Origin: Candidatus Binatia bacterium
GTDB lineage: Bacteria; Desulfobacterota; Binatia; UBA9968; JAJDTQ01
Direction: 5' to 3'
Assembly (NCBI GenBank): GCA_022824205.1
Contig: JAJEAI010000201.1
Coordinates: 4,704-68,703 of the forward strand
DNA length: 64,000 nucleotides
Shown piece after piece: positions 9,204 to 17,677 of this stretch (the first letter of the stretch is position 1; each line of letters begins with the position of its first letter). The position numbers and the translations under genes were made by a program. The notes beneath the pieces were generated by a model. The model saw nothing but the letters and a program-made list of their open reading frames with translations, was not told the DNA's origin and ran no database searches.

Positions 9204-10388
9204 ATGGATCCGAGACTGAATCCCTATGCACCGGGGGCCGGGACGCCGCCGCCGGAATTGGCCGGGCGAGACACGCTGATCGAAGAGGCTGCCATCGCCC
9301 TGGACCGCATCCGTAACGGCTTGGCGGCCAAGAGCATGCTGATGGTGGGTCTCCGGGGGGTAGGCAAGACCGTCCTTCTCAACCGGATCTGCGACGACGC
9401 CCGAGGCCGCGGCTTTACAACGCTCCTCCTGGAGGCGCCGGAAGACAGATCGCTTCCCGTCCTGCTTGTTCCACCGCTACACGCCGCGCTGGTGCGCATG
9501 AACCGCATCGCTGCCGCCAGCGCCGCCGCCCGCCGGGCACTCAGAGCGCTTGCCGGGTTCGTCAGCGCCATCAAGGTAGGCACCGGCGACCTCAACATCA
9601 GCCTGGATCTCGCCCCGGAACACGGCCTCGCCGACAGCGGCAACCTGGACGCCGACCTGACGGCGCTCCTGGAATCCGTCGGCGAAGCCGCCCGCGATCA
9701 GGACACGGCGGTGGCGCTGTTCGTCGATGAGTTGCAGTATGTGCAGGAACGCGAACTGGCCGCGTTGATCGCCGCCCTCCACCGTGCCGCCCAGAGCCGC
9801 TTGCCGGTCACTCTGGTGGGCGCGGGCCTGCCCCAACTGGTCGCCCGCACCGCGTCCGCCAAGACCTATTCCGAGCGTCTCTTCACTTTCCCGGGGATTG
9901 GTCCGCTGGACCCCGATTCCGCAAGGCTTGCCATCGAAGCGCCGGCAAGGCGCCTTGACGTCGTCTTCCAACCGGCTGCCCTGGATGCGGTGCTGCAAGA
10001 CACCCGGTGCTACCCGTATTTCCTCCAGGAGTGGGGCAAGCACTGCTGGGATTGCGCCAGGTCGTCACCGGTGACGGCGGAAGACGTCGAGTCCGCCACC
10101 CGACAGGCAACCGCCGAACTGGACGCCAGCTTCTTTCGCGCCCGCTTCGATCGCTTGGCGCCCTCCGAAAAGCGCTACCTGCGCGCCATGGCCGAACTCG
10201 GCACCGGCCCGCACCGATCCGGCGAAATCGCCGACGTCCTCGGCCAGTCCGTCCGCGTCGTAGCCCCGACCCGCGCAAAGCTCATCGGCAAAGGCATGAT
10301 CTACAGCCCCGCCCACGGCGACACCGCCTTCACCGTCCCGCTGTTCGACGCCTACCTGCGCCGCGTGATGCCGTTTCCAGAGGGGTGA
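9204..10388 (+). CDS. AAA ATPase, ORC/Cdc6- or COG1672-like, with predicted C-terminal winged helix
   Basis: The N-terminus NPYAPGAGTPPPELAGRD, followed by the Walker A motif GLRGVGKT, is typical of AAA_16/archaeal-type ATPases. It converges on the SIR2 gene. Confidence 0.5.
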   Translation: MDPRLNPYAPGAGTPPPELAGRDTLIEEAAIALDRIRNGLAAKSMLMVGLRGVGKTVLLNRICDDARGRGFTTLLLEAPEDRSLPVLLVPPLHAALVRMNRIAAASAAARRALRALAGFVSAIKVGTGDLNISLDLAPEHGLADSGNLDADLTALLESVGEAARDQDTAVALFVDELQYVQERELAALIAALHRAAQSRLPVTLVGAGLPQLVARTASAKTYSERLFTFPGIGPLDPDSARLAIEAPARRLDVVFQPAALDAVLQDTRCYPYFLQEWGKHCWDCARSSPVTAEDVESATRQATAELDASFFRARFDRLAPSEKRYLRAMAELGTGPHRSGEIADVLGQSVRVVAPTRAKLIGKGMIYSPAHGDTAFTVPLFDAYLRRVMPFPEG

Positions 10389-10390
10389 GG

Positions 10391-10430
10391 CGCCCACAAG
10401 GAGGGCCGGACACCAGCTGTGGGCGCCCTT
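10391..10430. terminator. GC-rich hairpin (GGCGCCCACA...TGTGGGCGCC) between convergent genes; possible bidirectional terminator
   Basis: A perfect 10-bp stem lies immediately after the stop codon at 10388. No strong T-run follows it. Confidence 0.4.
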
Positions 10431-10486
10431 ATAGTTCTAGACCCTCACAGATCTGGTTCGCTCTGTTGTGGAAACAGCGACTGGTA

Positions 10487-13400
10487 TCAGGACGTGGCCC
10501 GTCGGTACATCTCCTGAAAATCCGGTTCCGTTTCTAGTGCGGGCAATGCCTTTTTGAGACTATCGAGAATCCCTTGGATACGATACGCGCTGCCGGGTTG
10601 AATGGGTCCGGGTCCCACAACTCGCGTAAGGATGTCGAAGACGGTCTCCGGATACTTCGAAACACAATCACTCTCTTCCAGGACATATAGACCGTATTGG
10701 TCCCCAGGATTCAGATGGTGAGAAAATTCCGCCACAGCCTTCGGGAATGCGTCGCCGCACTCGAGCAGCAAGAGTAACATTCCCCTGGATGTCTCGGACG
10801 TGTTGCGGGCTCCCTCGTTGGGCCAATACTTTTTGAGCCACGGCAACAACGCGCTCTCCCACATCGTTGCGCGTTCCCCGGAGTCGCCATTCAGCCGTCT
10901 TCTGAGGCTGTCAAGAACCGCCGGTAGTTGATTGTTCGTCAAAGATGCAACGACTTCGCGAATCTCGTCCTCCGCCAACTCGCTTGGTGCTTCAATGCAA
11001 ATGACCATGAACAGTTCCACGAGTCGATCCCGATCATGTTCCCTGACCCCGTCCAACGTCTTGAGTACGCTCAGGAAGGGCTGTTTGAATGCGGCGAGAA
11101 GATCAGGGCCAACCTTGGGCGATAGCGCATACGCTCCCCAAAGGATGTAGGCTTCCTCGGGCGGTTGTGACGGATCGAGACGCCAGAGGAGGTGCTTGTT
11201 GGTCCAGTGTGGGTCAATCGCGAATAGGTCGTACAGCCTATGAACCAAATTGACCCGACCCCAAAGGCCTTCTGGATCGCTAACGATTTTATCAAAATAC
11301 GGTAGGATTGCCGCCGGCAATTTCCCCTGAACAGTCGGGCTGTATTTCCACAGTCGGGTCAGCGCCGCTTGTGCCAGTCTACCAGTCACATGGGTCAACG
11401 CTTGATCGGACAGATCGTGTCCATTCGGTGCTGACTCGGGCGCCCCTTCCCACGCTTTTTGCCAGAGTGTCGCAAACTCCGGTTCTCGTTCAAGGCCGTA
11501 CCTCTCTGCCAAATTGTCCACAAAACCAGCGGCCGCTGAGTCGACGCCTGAGAACAGCGTGACAGGGGCATTGGCAAGGACACGGGCGACACAGTCCTGA
11601 AGTCTCGGCGTCGACCTCTGCACGTTCGGTCCCTGCAAGTGCCAAAGGAAGAGCTGCCAGCAGCGTTGAGGATATTCTTCTTGGTCCGCCAGTCGTCGCA
11701 AAGCCCGTGCAACCTTTACGGGTCGCCGACGGATAAGCCCTTCGAGGGGCAAATCGCCGATTCCTGGATCTTGCAAGGCAGTCGTCAGACCATGAACGGT
11801 AGTCTCGACGAGTTCAGGTGGCGCAAACTCTGCCGGATCGATCCAGTGCGCTTCGCTTCCCCACGACAAGAATTCGTCGCGATCCTCATTGGCATCCCCA
11901 CCCTGCCATTTCACGGCGAGTGACCTGGACTCCTTGTCCAGTTTAGCGCCGCCAGCCGCAAGTTTGCTGAGCCGTAGCGCTTTCTCACGGTCGAGGATGT
12001 CGCTGTCGTAAGCCGAAAACGATCCTTGCCCTGCCTTCGGTCCCGCGTGAATGGCTCGAACGATATCGACGCGCAGACTTCGAGGCAAACGCATCCCTGC
12101 CAACCTTAGGAAGCGCAAGACTTCCCTCCGCAGCTCGTATTCCCACAGGCCGGGTTTCCGACCCGTGATGAGGAGTTTCCTGGCGATACCCATGTCGGGT
12201 TTTCCGCTCTCCGTGAGCGCATGAAGTGCAAGCCGCTTAAGCAGAGGCCGCCTAGACAGTACCCACCGCTCCAGGAGATTTGCCGCAAGTGCCCGGTCTC
12301 TTTGGAACAAGGCCGGGTAGCTGTCTCGGACGAGGTCTATGATGTACGTCCAATCGGCTCGGTGTAGATTTTGCCTGTGCGATGCAATAGACGGACGATA
12401 ATTTCCTGAATCTTGACGATGGCCTTCCATGTCTTCGAGCAGGGTAAGCGCTGTTTCCAGGTAGGTCGTCAGTGTCATGGCGTTTTCGGCGACGAAGCCT
12501 GGATCGTTCAGAATGTTGCGAATACGGTGCCGCATGTCTTTGTCGCCGACCAACAGTTCAAGGTGAGCGCAGGAATCCACCGCCGACAAGGCGCGTTGCT
12601 TCCCTCCGAGGGACTGTCGGAACCTCTTGTGCCACGAAGGACCGGAACGAACCACGTACCGTGGAGCGATGCTCTGGACCACCTGTTCATTGAGCCGACG
12701 GCGTTCAGCCTCGGAGGCTGTTTGTTGCATTGATGCCGGTGGCCATAGGAACGGCTCGTGATAGATCAACTCATTGTCCGAAAGAACTGTCCAGATGTGT
12801 CTGAGTTCGCTGGGGACCTCCACGGCAGGTTCGATAAGTTTCCCTCGGATCAGCCTGTGAAGGGAGGGGTGCATTTTCCCGCCCCTCTCAACTACCCAAG
12901 TCAGTACTTGGGAAATATGGAGATGCAGAGCAATCCACCGCGCCAAATGCCATGTGACCTTTCCCAATAATGGAGGACTTTGGGTACGTTCGCCTCCGTC
13001 TACCAACTGGACGTGGGAGCTGGCGTGGTCCACCCCGGCTTCGTCCAGGCTTTCAGCGCAAGATAGCAATCCCGCATCGGCGAAGATGTCTAGCCACTTC
13101 GTCAGTCTTGGGAAATCTCTTTCGTCCGTCAGCGGGGTGCTGTCGGCCAATCTTTCCGCAGCTATCGGGTCGTGCAGAGCCCACACAACGCGCTCCACGA
13201 CCGGGTCGTCCGGGCCACCCGGGAGCTTCGACATCTCATTAAGGGCTATTTGAGTGCGCGCCCGGAAGGGATCGTTCCGAATGCGTGCCCACTCTGTTAA
13301 TGTCTGGCGGAGCAGGCCATGATCGCCTTGTTTGTCATACAAAATCGGCACGACGTTCTTTGCCTGCCAGGCTCTGTCGGTTCTCTCCTTGTTTGCGTCG

Positions 13401-14164
13401 GTGCCGTCGTGGTCGGCGAACGCGTAAGCCAGCCGGAAAGAGGCTCCCTTGGAGCGTTCGGCTGCGAGAGCGTCGACCATGTAACCCATAACGGGGTCGT
13501 CGAGGCTGTAACCGATGAACACAATCGTGAACTCACGAAACAGCTCGGTGACGAATCGGGCCGCCCACTGCTCCGTAAGGTAGGCACGCCCGAAGTCGGC
13601 AGCGGTCAAAACCAGATCGGTGCCGTCGCTGTCCCCACAGATGCGGCCATGAAGATGCACAACCGACGACCAGTTGTGGCGCTTTGGCCAAGGTAGTTTC
13701 GGCGCGGAATCAACCTTCTTTTCGTCAATCCCCGCTTCCACGAAGCGGTTGTCGAAATTGGTAGTGACAAGACGGACACCCTGTTTGTGGCGCGAAAGGT
13801 CGATCAGCGCTTTGTGGTTGGTCAGTTCATCATGGGGTGGCTTCGATAGCAGAGTCATGACACAGCGACGTAGCTGTAGAGTGCCGAGACGTTCCGGCCT
13901 CTCGATCAAGTTGAGCACCTTGTCGAGTTGCGGTCGTCGACGGGTGTCGTCCTTCTCGTCGCAGTCGAGAGCTTCTCTCTCGACAATGTCAGGCGTGAGG
14001 TCTTTGGTCTTGTAGATATGCTTCACGAGACCGCCAAAGTTGGGAAGTCCAGACTCCGGTCCCATGGAAACGCCAGCCCCACAGAAGAAGACGGCACGGC
14101 CGTCGTCGAGTTCGTTCATTAGGCGAATGGGGATGTTTGGTCCCTTCGCTACGAGTTCAGGCAT
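10487..14164 (-). CDS. SIR2-like (SIR2_2) domain protein with ~950-aa alpha-helical C-terminal region; DSR-like (DSR1/DSR2-type) candidate anti-phage NADase
   Basis: The N-terminal 270 aa carry AVFFCGAGVS...GLPNFGGL, VTTNFD and HLHG, which are the signature blocks of the SIR2_2 family. The rest is helical repeats with no other motif. The GC content looks lower than in flanking genes. Confidence 0.7.
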   Translation of the reverse strand: MPELVAKGPNIPIRLMNELDDGRAVFFCGAGVSMGPESGLPNFGGLVKHIYKTKDLTPDIVEREALDCDEKDDTRRRPQLDKVLNLIERPERLGTLQLRRCVMTLLSKPPHDELTNHKALIDLSRHKQGVRLVTTNFDNRFVEAGIDEKKVDSAPKLPWPKRHNWSSVVHLHGRICGDSDGTDLVLTAADFGRAYLTEQWAARFVTELFREFTIVFIGYSLDDPVMGYMVDALAAERSKGASFRLAYAFADHDGTDANKERTDRAWQAKNVVPILYDKQGDHGLLRQTLTEWARIRNDPFRARTQIALNEMSKLPGGPDDPVVERVVWALHDPIAAERLADSTPLTDERDFPRLTKWLDIFADAGLLSCAESLDEAGVDHASSHVQLVDGGERTQSPPLLGKVTWHLARWIALHLHISQVLTWVVERGGKMHPSLHRLIRGKLIEPAVEVPSELRHIWTVLSDNELIYHEPFLWPPASMQQTASEAERRRLNEQVVQSIAPRYVVRSGPSWHKRFRQSLGGKQRALSAVDSCAHLELLVGDKDMRHRIRNILNDPGFVAENAMTLTTYLETALTLLEDMEGHRQDSGNYRPSIASHRQNLHRADWTYIIDLVRDSYPALFQRDRALAANLLERWVLSRRPLLKRLALHALTESGKPDMGIARKLLITGRKPGLWEYELRREVLRFLRLAGMRLPRSLRVDIVRAIHAGPKAGQGSFSAYDSDILDREKALRLSKLAAGGAKLDKESRSLAVKWQGGDANEDRDEFLSWGSEAHWIDPAEFAPPELVETTVHGLTTALQDPGIGDLPLEGLIRRRPVKVARALRRLADQEEYPQRCWQLFLWHLQGPNVQRSTPRLQDCVARVLANAPVTLFSGVDSAAAGFVDNLAERYGLEREPEFATLWQKAWEGAPESAPNGHDLSDQALTHVTGRLAQAALTRLWKYSPTVQGKLPAAILPYFDKIVSDPEGLWGRVNLVHRLYDLFAIDPHWTNKHLLWRLDPSQPPEEAYILWGAYALSPKVGPDLLAAFKQPFLSVLKTLDGVREHDRDRLVELFMVICIEAPSELAEDEIREVVASLTNNQLPAVLDSLRRRLNGDSGERATMWESALLPWLKKYWPNEGARNTSETSRGMLLLLLECGDAFPKAVAEFSHHLNPGDQYGLYVLEESDCVSKYPETVFDILTRVVGPGPIQPGSAYRIQGILDSLKKALPALETEPDFQEMYRRATS

Positions 14165-14262
14165 AGTCTCTACAGGTTGGGTACTTTGCCGTTCGTCGTG
14201 TCACAGGCGCATACAGGTCGGAATGCCTTACTCCAGGAGTCTCCCGGGAAATTACGCTGAGC

Positions 14263-14955
14263 TTAAGCCCCGTGGCTCTCCAACCGTTGCAACCACGCTT
14301 CGAAGTGTGGACATTCTGCCCGTATGGCATCTAGGCCGATTCCCAGCGCGGCGAGGGTTCCCATCAAGGGTTTTTGGTATCCGGGAATGAGTGCAGCGAC
14401 TCGCTTCGAAGGCGCCGTGTCCGGGGAGTCGTCGATTTCTTCGGGGTTTGAGAAGGCGTCTCTAATCGCCTGAAGCGGGCCGGTCAGTTCGGACTTGCCG
14501 ATCCCAAGGGCAAATTGCTCGCAATCGCTGAACAGGAGTGCCTCGAACTCGTGCATTGTGACGAACGGAATGAAGCGGGACGAATCGAAGCCGCCGCCCA
14601 TTATCCTAGCGACATCCTCCAGAAGGGCCTTCTCCACGACTTCGGGTTTTGCCTGGGATCCGGCATGAGAGGCTTCCTCGCGACCTGGCCATGCTTTGGG
14701 ACCGGTACGTGGCAACCCGTAGTAGTCCACCATCGTGGCCGCGCTGCTCGCGGGGTCTTGCCTCAGGTGATTCACAATCGTCTTGCGCACTTCCGATCAC
14801 GGTCGGACACCGCCACGCTTGCCCCGCTGCCGGGCGTTACCGATGAGCCGGGCGCTGACTGAGGAGTATCCGTGATCTTGGAGATGGGGCGCGAGCAATT
14901 TGTTGACGAATTGCTCTTCGGTCTGCCCCTCGACATGAACGAGTAGCCGGGTCAC
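14263..14955 (-). pseudogene. DUF4276 family (TOPRIM/RloB-like) gene, disrupted by a frameshift at ~14790-14797
   Basis: The N-terminal fragment, GTG at 14955 to TGA at 14797, reads MTRLLVHVEGQTEEQFVNKLLAPHL. It resumes in another frame as the 175-aa ORF 14263..14790, which contains ...MHEFEALLFSD...PEEIDDSPDTAPSKR...CPHFEAWL. The two pieces together, ~228 aa, equal a full-length DUF4276. Confidence 0.6.
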
Positions 14956-16124
14956 CGCGAAGACTGCCGGTCCTTGTTTTCAGGGTAAGGACGTCCGCCG
15001 AGTTCGTTCTTCTCCCAAAGTTGTCCCAGGCTGTAGTCCTCCAGCCAGACCTTGAGCGCTTCGGCATCCTGTCTGCGGAGTTCCGTGGCACCGTTCACCC
15101 GCTCGGCCACCAACACGTCTTCGGGGTCGAAGTGATCCAGAAGTATAGGCGATTGGGTTGCCGCGATGACCTGGGACTCTACTGAGGCCTGTTTTAGCAA
15201 TGAGGCCAACAAGGTGATCGCATGTGGATGCAAGCCAAGCTCCGGCTCGTCGAGAAAAATGACAGAGGGGCGTAGCGACGCTGGCTGGAGCAGTAACGTA
15301 GCCAAAGCAATGAACCGGAGCGACCCATCGGAAAGGGAGGAGGCATCGAAATAGGCATCCGAGTCGACATGCCGCCATTCGAGCCGGATCGTGTCTTCGT
15401 TCAGTGCTAGAGGTTCGAGCGCGAAATCATCGAAGAACGGCGCCGTCAATCGAATAGTACGGCGAATCTGCGTATAGGAACTTCCGTGTCTCTTCCGCAG
15501 GAAATAAAGGAACGCCGCAAGATTCGCGCCGTCCGGGCGAAGATAGCGATTGTCGTTTACTTTTCCGGTCTCCTTCATTGGGGATTTTGAGCCCGCGTCG
15601 TGAAAGTGGTAAAGTCGCCAACTCTCCAACCTGCTCCTGATGAATTCAAGAGCCGGCGCCATACCAGGCTGCACTTCGAGGTTGCTTGCGAAATCCGGCG
15701 GCAGTTCGGTTGCGGCAATCGATATTCGTGGAAACAACTGATCGTCCGCCCCGTAAGGCATATCGACACTAAAGTCCGCCAAACCGTCACTGAAGCGGAT
15801 GTTGAAGTTTATCGAGCGAGTCTTTTTTGAACCGAAGTGAAGAAGACGGTTGGCCCCGCCAGAACGCCGGACATAGTCTGATGTCCGAGACGCGCTCAGA
15901 ATGGCGGTTCGCAAGAGCTGCAGGGCGCCAAGAAAGTTGGACTTGCCTGACCCGTTGGCGCCGATGAGGACGTTCAGGGGCCGCATTTCCAGGTCCCGCA
16001 TCTCAGCAATGCTCCTGAAGCCTTCAATCGAAATGGCACGAATCGCCGACATGGTTCCCTCTGTACCCGGAACACCGGCCGACGCTGTGGGTTCGACTGG
16101 GTGTTCCGAAAGCCAAGATGCCAC
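14952..16124 (-). CDS. ABC-type AAA_15/AAA_21 ATPase (OLD/RloA/AbiLi-like)
   Basis: The Walker A motif is VLIGANGSGKSN. The Walker B/D-loop is VIFLDEPELGLHP. The stop TGA overlaps the GTG start of the downstream DUF4276 gene (GTGA). Confidence 0.75.
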   Translation of the reverse strand: MASWLSEHPVEPTASAGVPGTEGTMSAIRAISIEGFRSIAEMRDLEMRPLNVLIGANGSGKSNFLGALQLLRTAILSASRTSDYVRRSGGANRLLHFGSKKTRSINFNIRFSDGLADFSVDMPYGADDQLFPRISIAATELPPDFASNLEVQPGMAPALEFIRSRLESWRLYHFHDAGSKSPMKETGKVNDNRYLRPDGANLAAFLYFLRKRHGSSYTQIRRTIRLTAPFFDDFALEPLALNEDTIRLEWRHVDSDAYFDASSLSDGSLRFIALATLLLQPASLRPSVIFLDEPELGLHPHAITLLASLLKQASVESQVIAATQSPILLDHFDPEDVLVAERVNGATELRRQDAEALKVWLEDYSLGQLWEKNELGGRPYPENKDRQSSR

Positions 16125-16213
16125 GTCCCTGCGCTAGCGGCAAGCTGGCAGCCTGCGGTGACTTACACCAGTGCGCCAGCGTCCGTTGGGAACACAAGCC
16201 GGCCGGCCTGCCA

Positions 16214-16480
16214 TCAGAAAATCTCCTCGATGTCCTTCCCAATCATCGACCGTTCGCGGACAACGATCTCCAGACCAAGAGCGGTCATCACATCCAGCAA
16301 CGTGCGCATCCGCGTCCCCGGCATACCGTTCTCCAAGGCCGAGATGGTTGCCTGTCGTAGACGAATCCTGTCCCCGACTTCCTGCTGACTCAGTTTGAGT
16401 ATCCGACGCCGACGGCGAATTGCTGCACCCAGTTGTATCGAGGTTCGGGCCATCTGTTCCACAAGCCTTCCTCCTCTCAA
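16214..16480 (-). CDS. XRE-family helix-turn-helix transcriptional regulator
   Basis: LKLSQQEVGDRIRLRQATISALENG is a Cro/C1-type HTH. The true start may be the internal Met of MARTSIQLG, about 30 nt downstream. Confidence 0.6.
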   Translation of the reverse strand: MRGGRLVEQMARTSIQLGAAIRRRRRILKLSQQEVGDRIRLRQATISALENGMPGTRMRTLLDVMTALGLEIVVRERSMIGKDIEEIF

Positions 16481-16516
16481 TACGGATCTACTATGCGTTA
16501 TAGCGAATAAATAGCA

Positions 16517-16545
16517 AATATACGGTCTCCCGTATACGGTCTATG
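16517..16545. promoter_or_regulatory. direct repeat TATACGGTCT-CCCG-TATACGGTCT containing the palindrome CCGTATACGG; candidate operator upstream of the XRE gene
   Basis: This is read directly in the 16480-16568 intergenic region, immediately 5' of the XRE gene start. Confidence 0.3.
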
Positions 16546-16567
16546 GCAAGACCGGAGCACACACGCC

Positions 16568-17341
16568 CTACCGCTTGTAGAGACTGGGTAATCTCGGCCA
16601 AGCCGACCGGCGCATCTCGCCGTCGAACACGCCCCGCTTCCCCCTCAGAAACTCCATGGCGTCGGTCCACGCCTTGGCTTCGGCCGGGATGATTTCTTCC
16701 CGCGCGCGGTGGTCGTGTTTCTCGGTGAACCGGTCGAGGGTGTCGTGCAAGGATTGTGCGGCGCGGATCTGGAGTTGCCGTAGTTCGGCGAAGTGCGGGT
16801 CACCGCCCTGGGTTTCTTCGGCCACGAGGAAATGCGGGATGCAGATACCGAAAGAGTTGCGGTACTTCTCGGCGAAGGTCCCGTCTCCGAGCAGGTCCAG
16901 CAGTTGTTGGAGGTGGACGGACTCCGACCGGGCGGCAACCACGCAGGCGGGACAGGGCGTCTTTTTGAGTCGTGCCCGGAGGCCTGAACGAGCACGTGTC
17001 AGCCAACCTTTGAGCGTGGCCCATCCAGCCACGCGTGGTGCATTGGCCCTGTCGTGGAAACGGCTCAGCAGGTCCTTGGCGATGATGGCGAAGCCCAGGT
17101 CCGGGGCGCTGGATGCCGGCAGGTCGCGCAGCAGCCACATGTGCGGGTTGCAGAGGCCGAAGGACTCCCGCAGCCCCTCGCGCGTGGGCACGTCGGTGAC
17201 GCGTTCGTAGAGGACGCTGTCCAGGTAGGCGTGGCTGTCGTCGATGACGATGGCGCAGATGGGGCAGCCCGGCTTGCCGAGGCGGTCGAAGAGCTTGAAG
17301 TAGAAGCTGTCGTGGCGCGCTTGTTCGTTCACGTCACTCAT
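16568..17341 (-). CDS. hypothetical protein with two tandem CPxC...CxPH(M/F)(W/L) modules (putative metal-binding)
   Basis: The repeated modules are GCPICAIV...FGLCNPHMWLL and PCPACVVA...FGICIPHFLVA. I recognise no enzymatic motif. Confidence 0.45.
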   Translation of the reverse strand: MSDVNEQARHDSFYFKLFDRLGKPGCPICAIVIDDSHAYLDSVLYERVTDVPTREGLRESFGLCNPHMWLLRDLPASSAPDLGFAIIAKDLLSRFHDRANAPRVAGWATLKGWLTRARSGLRARLKKTPCPACVVAARSESVHLQQLLDLLGDGTFAEKYRNSFGICIPHFLVAEETQGGDPHFAELRQLQIRAAQSLHDTLDRFTEKHDHRAREEIIPAEAKAWTDAMEFLRGKRGVFDGEMRRSAWPRLPSLYKR

Positions 17342-17370
17342 GAAATCGGGCGTGTTGGCCGCCTCCGGGT

Positions 17371-17677
17371 CATTGATATGAAAATAAAGTCTTGTTCAAT
17401 GATTTCTGGTAGTTACGGAATCCCGCTACATCCCAATGAGTCATTCCCGCGGAAGCTTGCCCTCGACTCCGATCGGGGGCGGGAATCCAGGGGTGGGGCC
17501 GGGCAGTGAGGTCGCCACACCCCCCACCCATGGATTCCCGCCCCCGATCGGAGTCGAGGGCAAGCTTCCGCGGGAATGACGATATGGGGTGGCGGTGCCA
17601 CTTCCACTTCGTAGCCGAGCGGAGTCTTGACACAGCCTGGAAAAGCGGGAATGACGGAGGGAGCCGGGAATGACGGA
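17371..17677. repeat. MITE/REP-like element copy B (inner palindrome with a 25-bp insertion, plus right outer arm CTTGACACAGCCTGGAAAAGCGGGAATGACGG)
   Basis: It has the same unit as copy A. It abuts the stop codon of the MOP-like gene at 17678. Confidence 0.8.

Noticed and set aside
9204-10388. Calling the COG1672-like ATPase a defined defense gene
   Set aside because: The N-terminal motif and Walker A support an ORC/AAA_16-type ATPase, but I cannot tie it to a named system from sequence alone. It is reported as context only.
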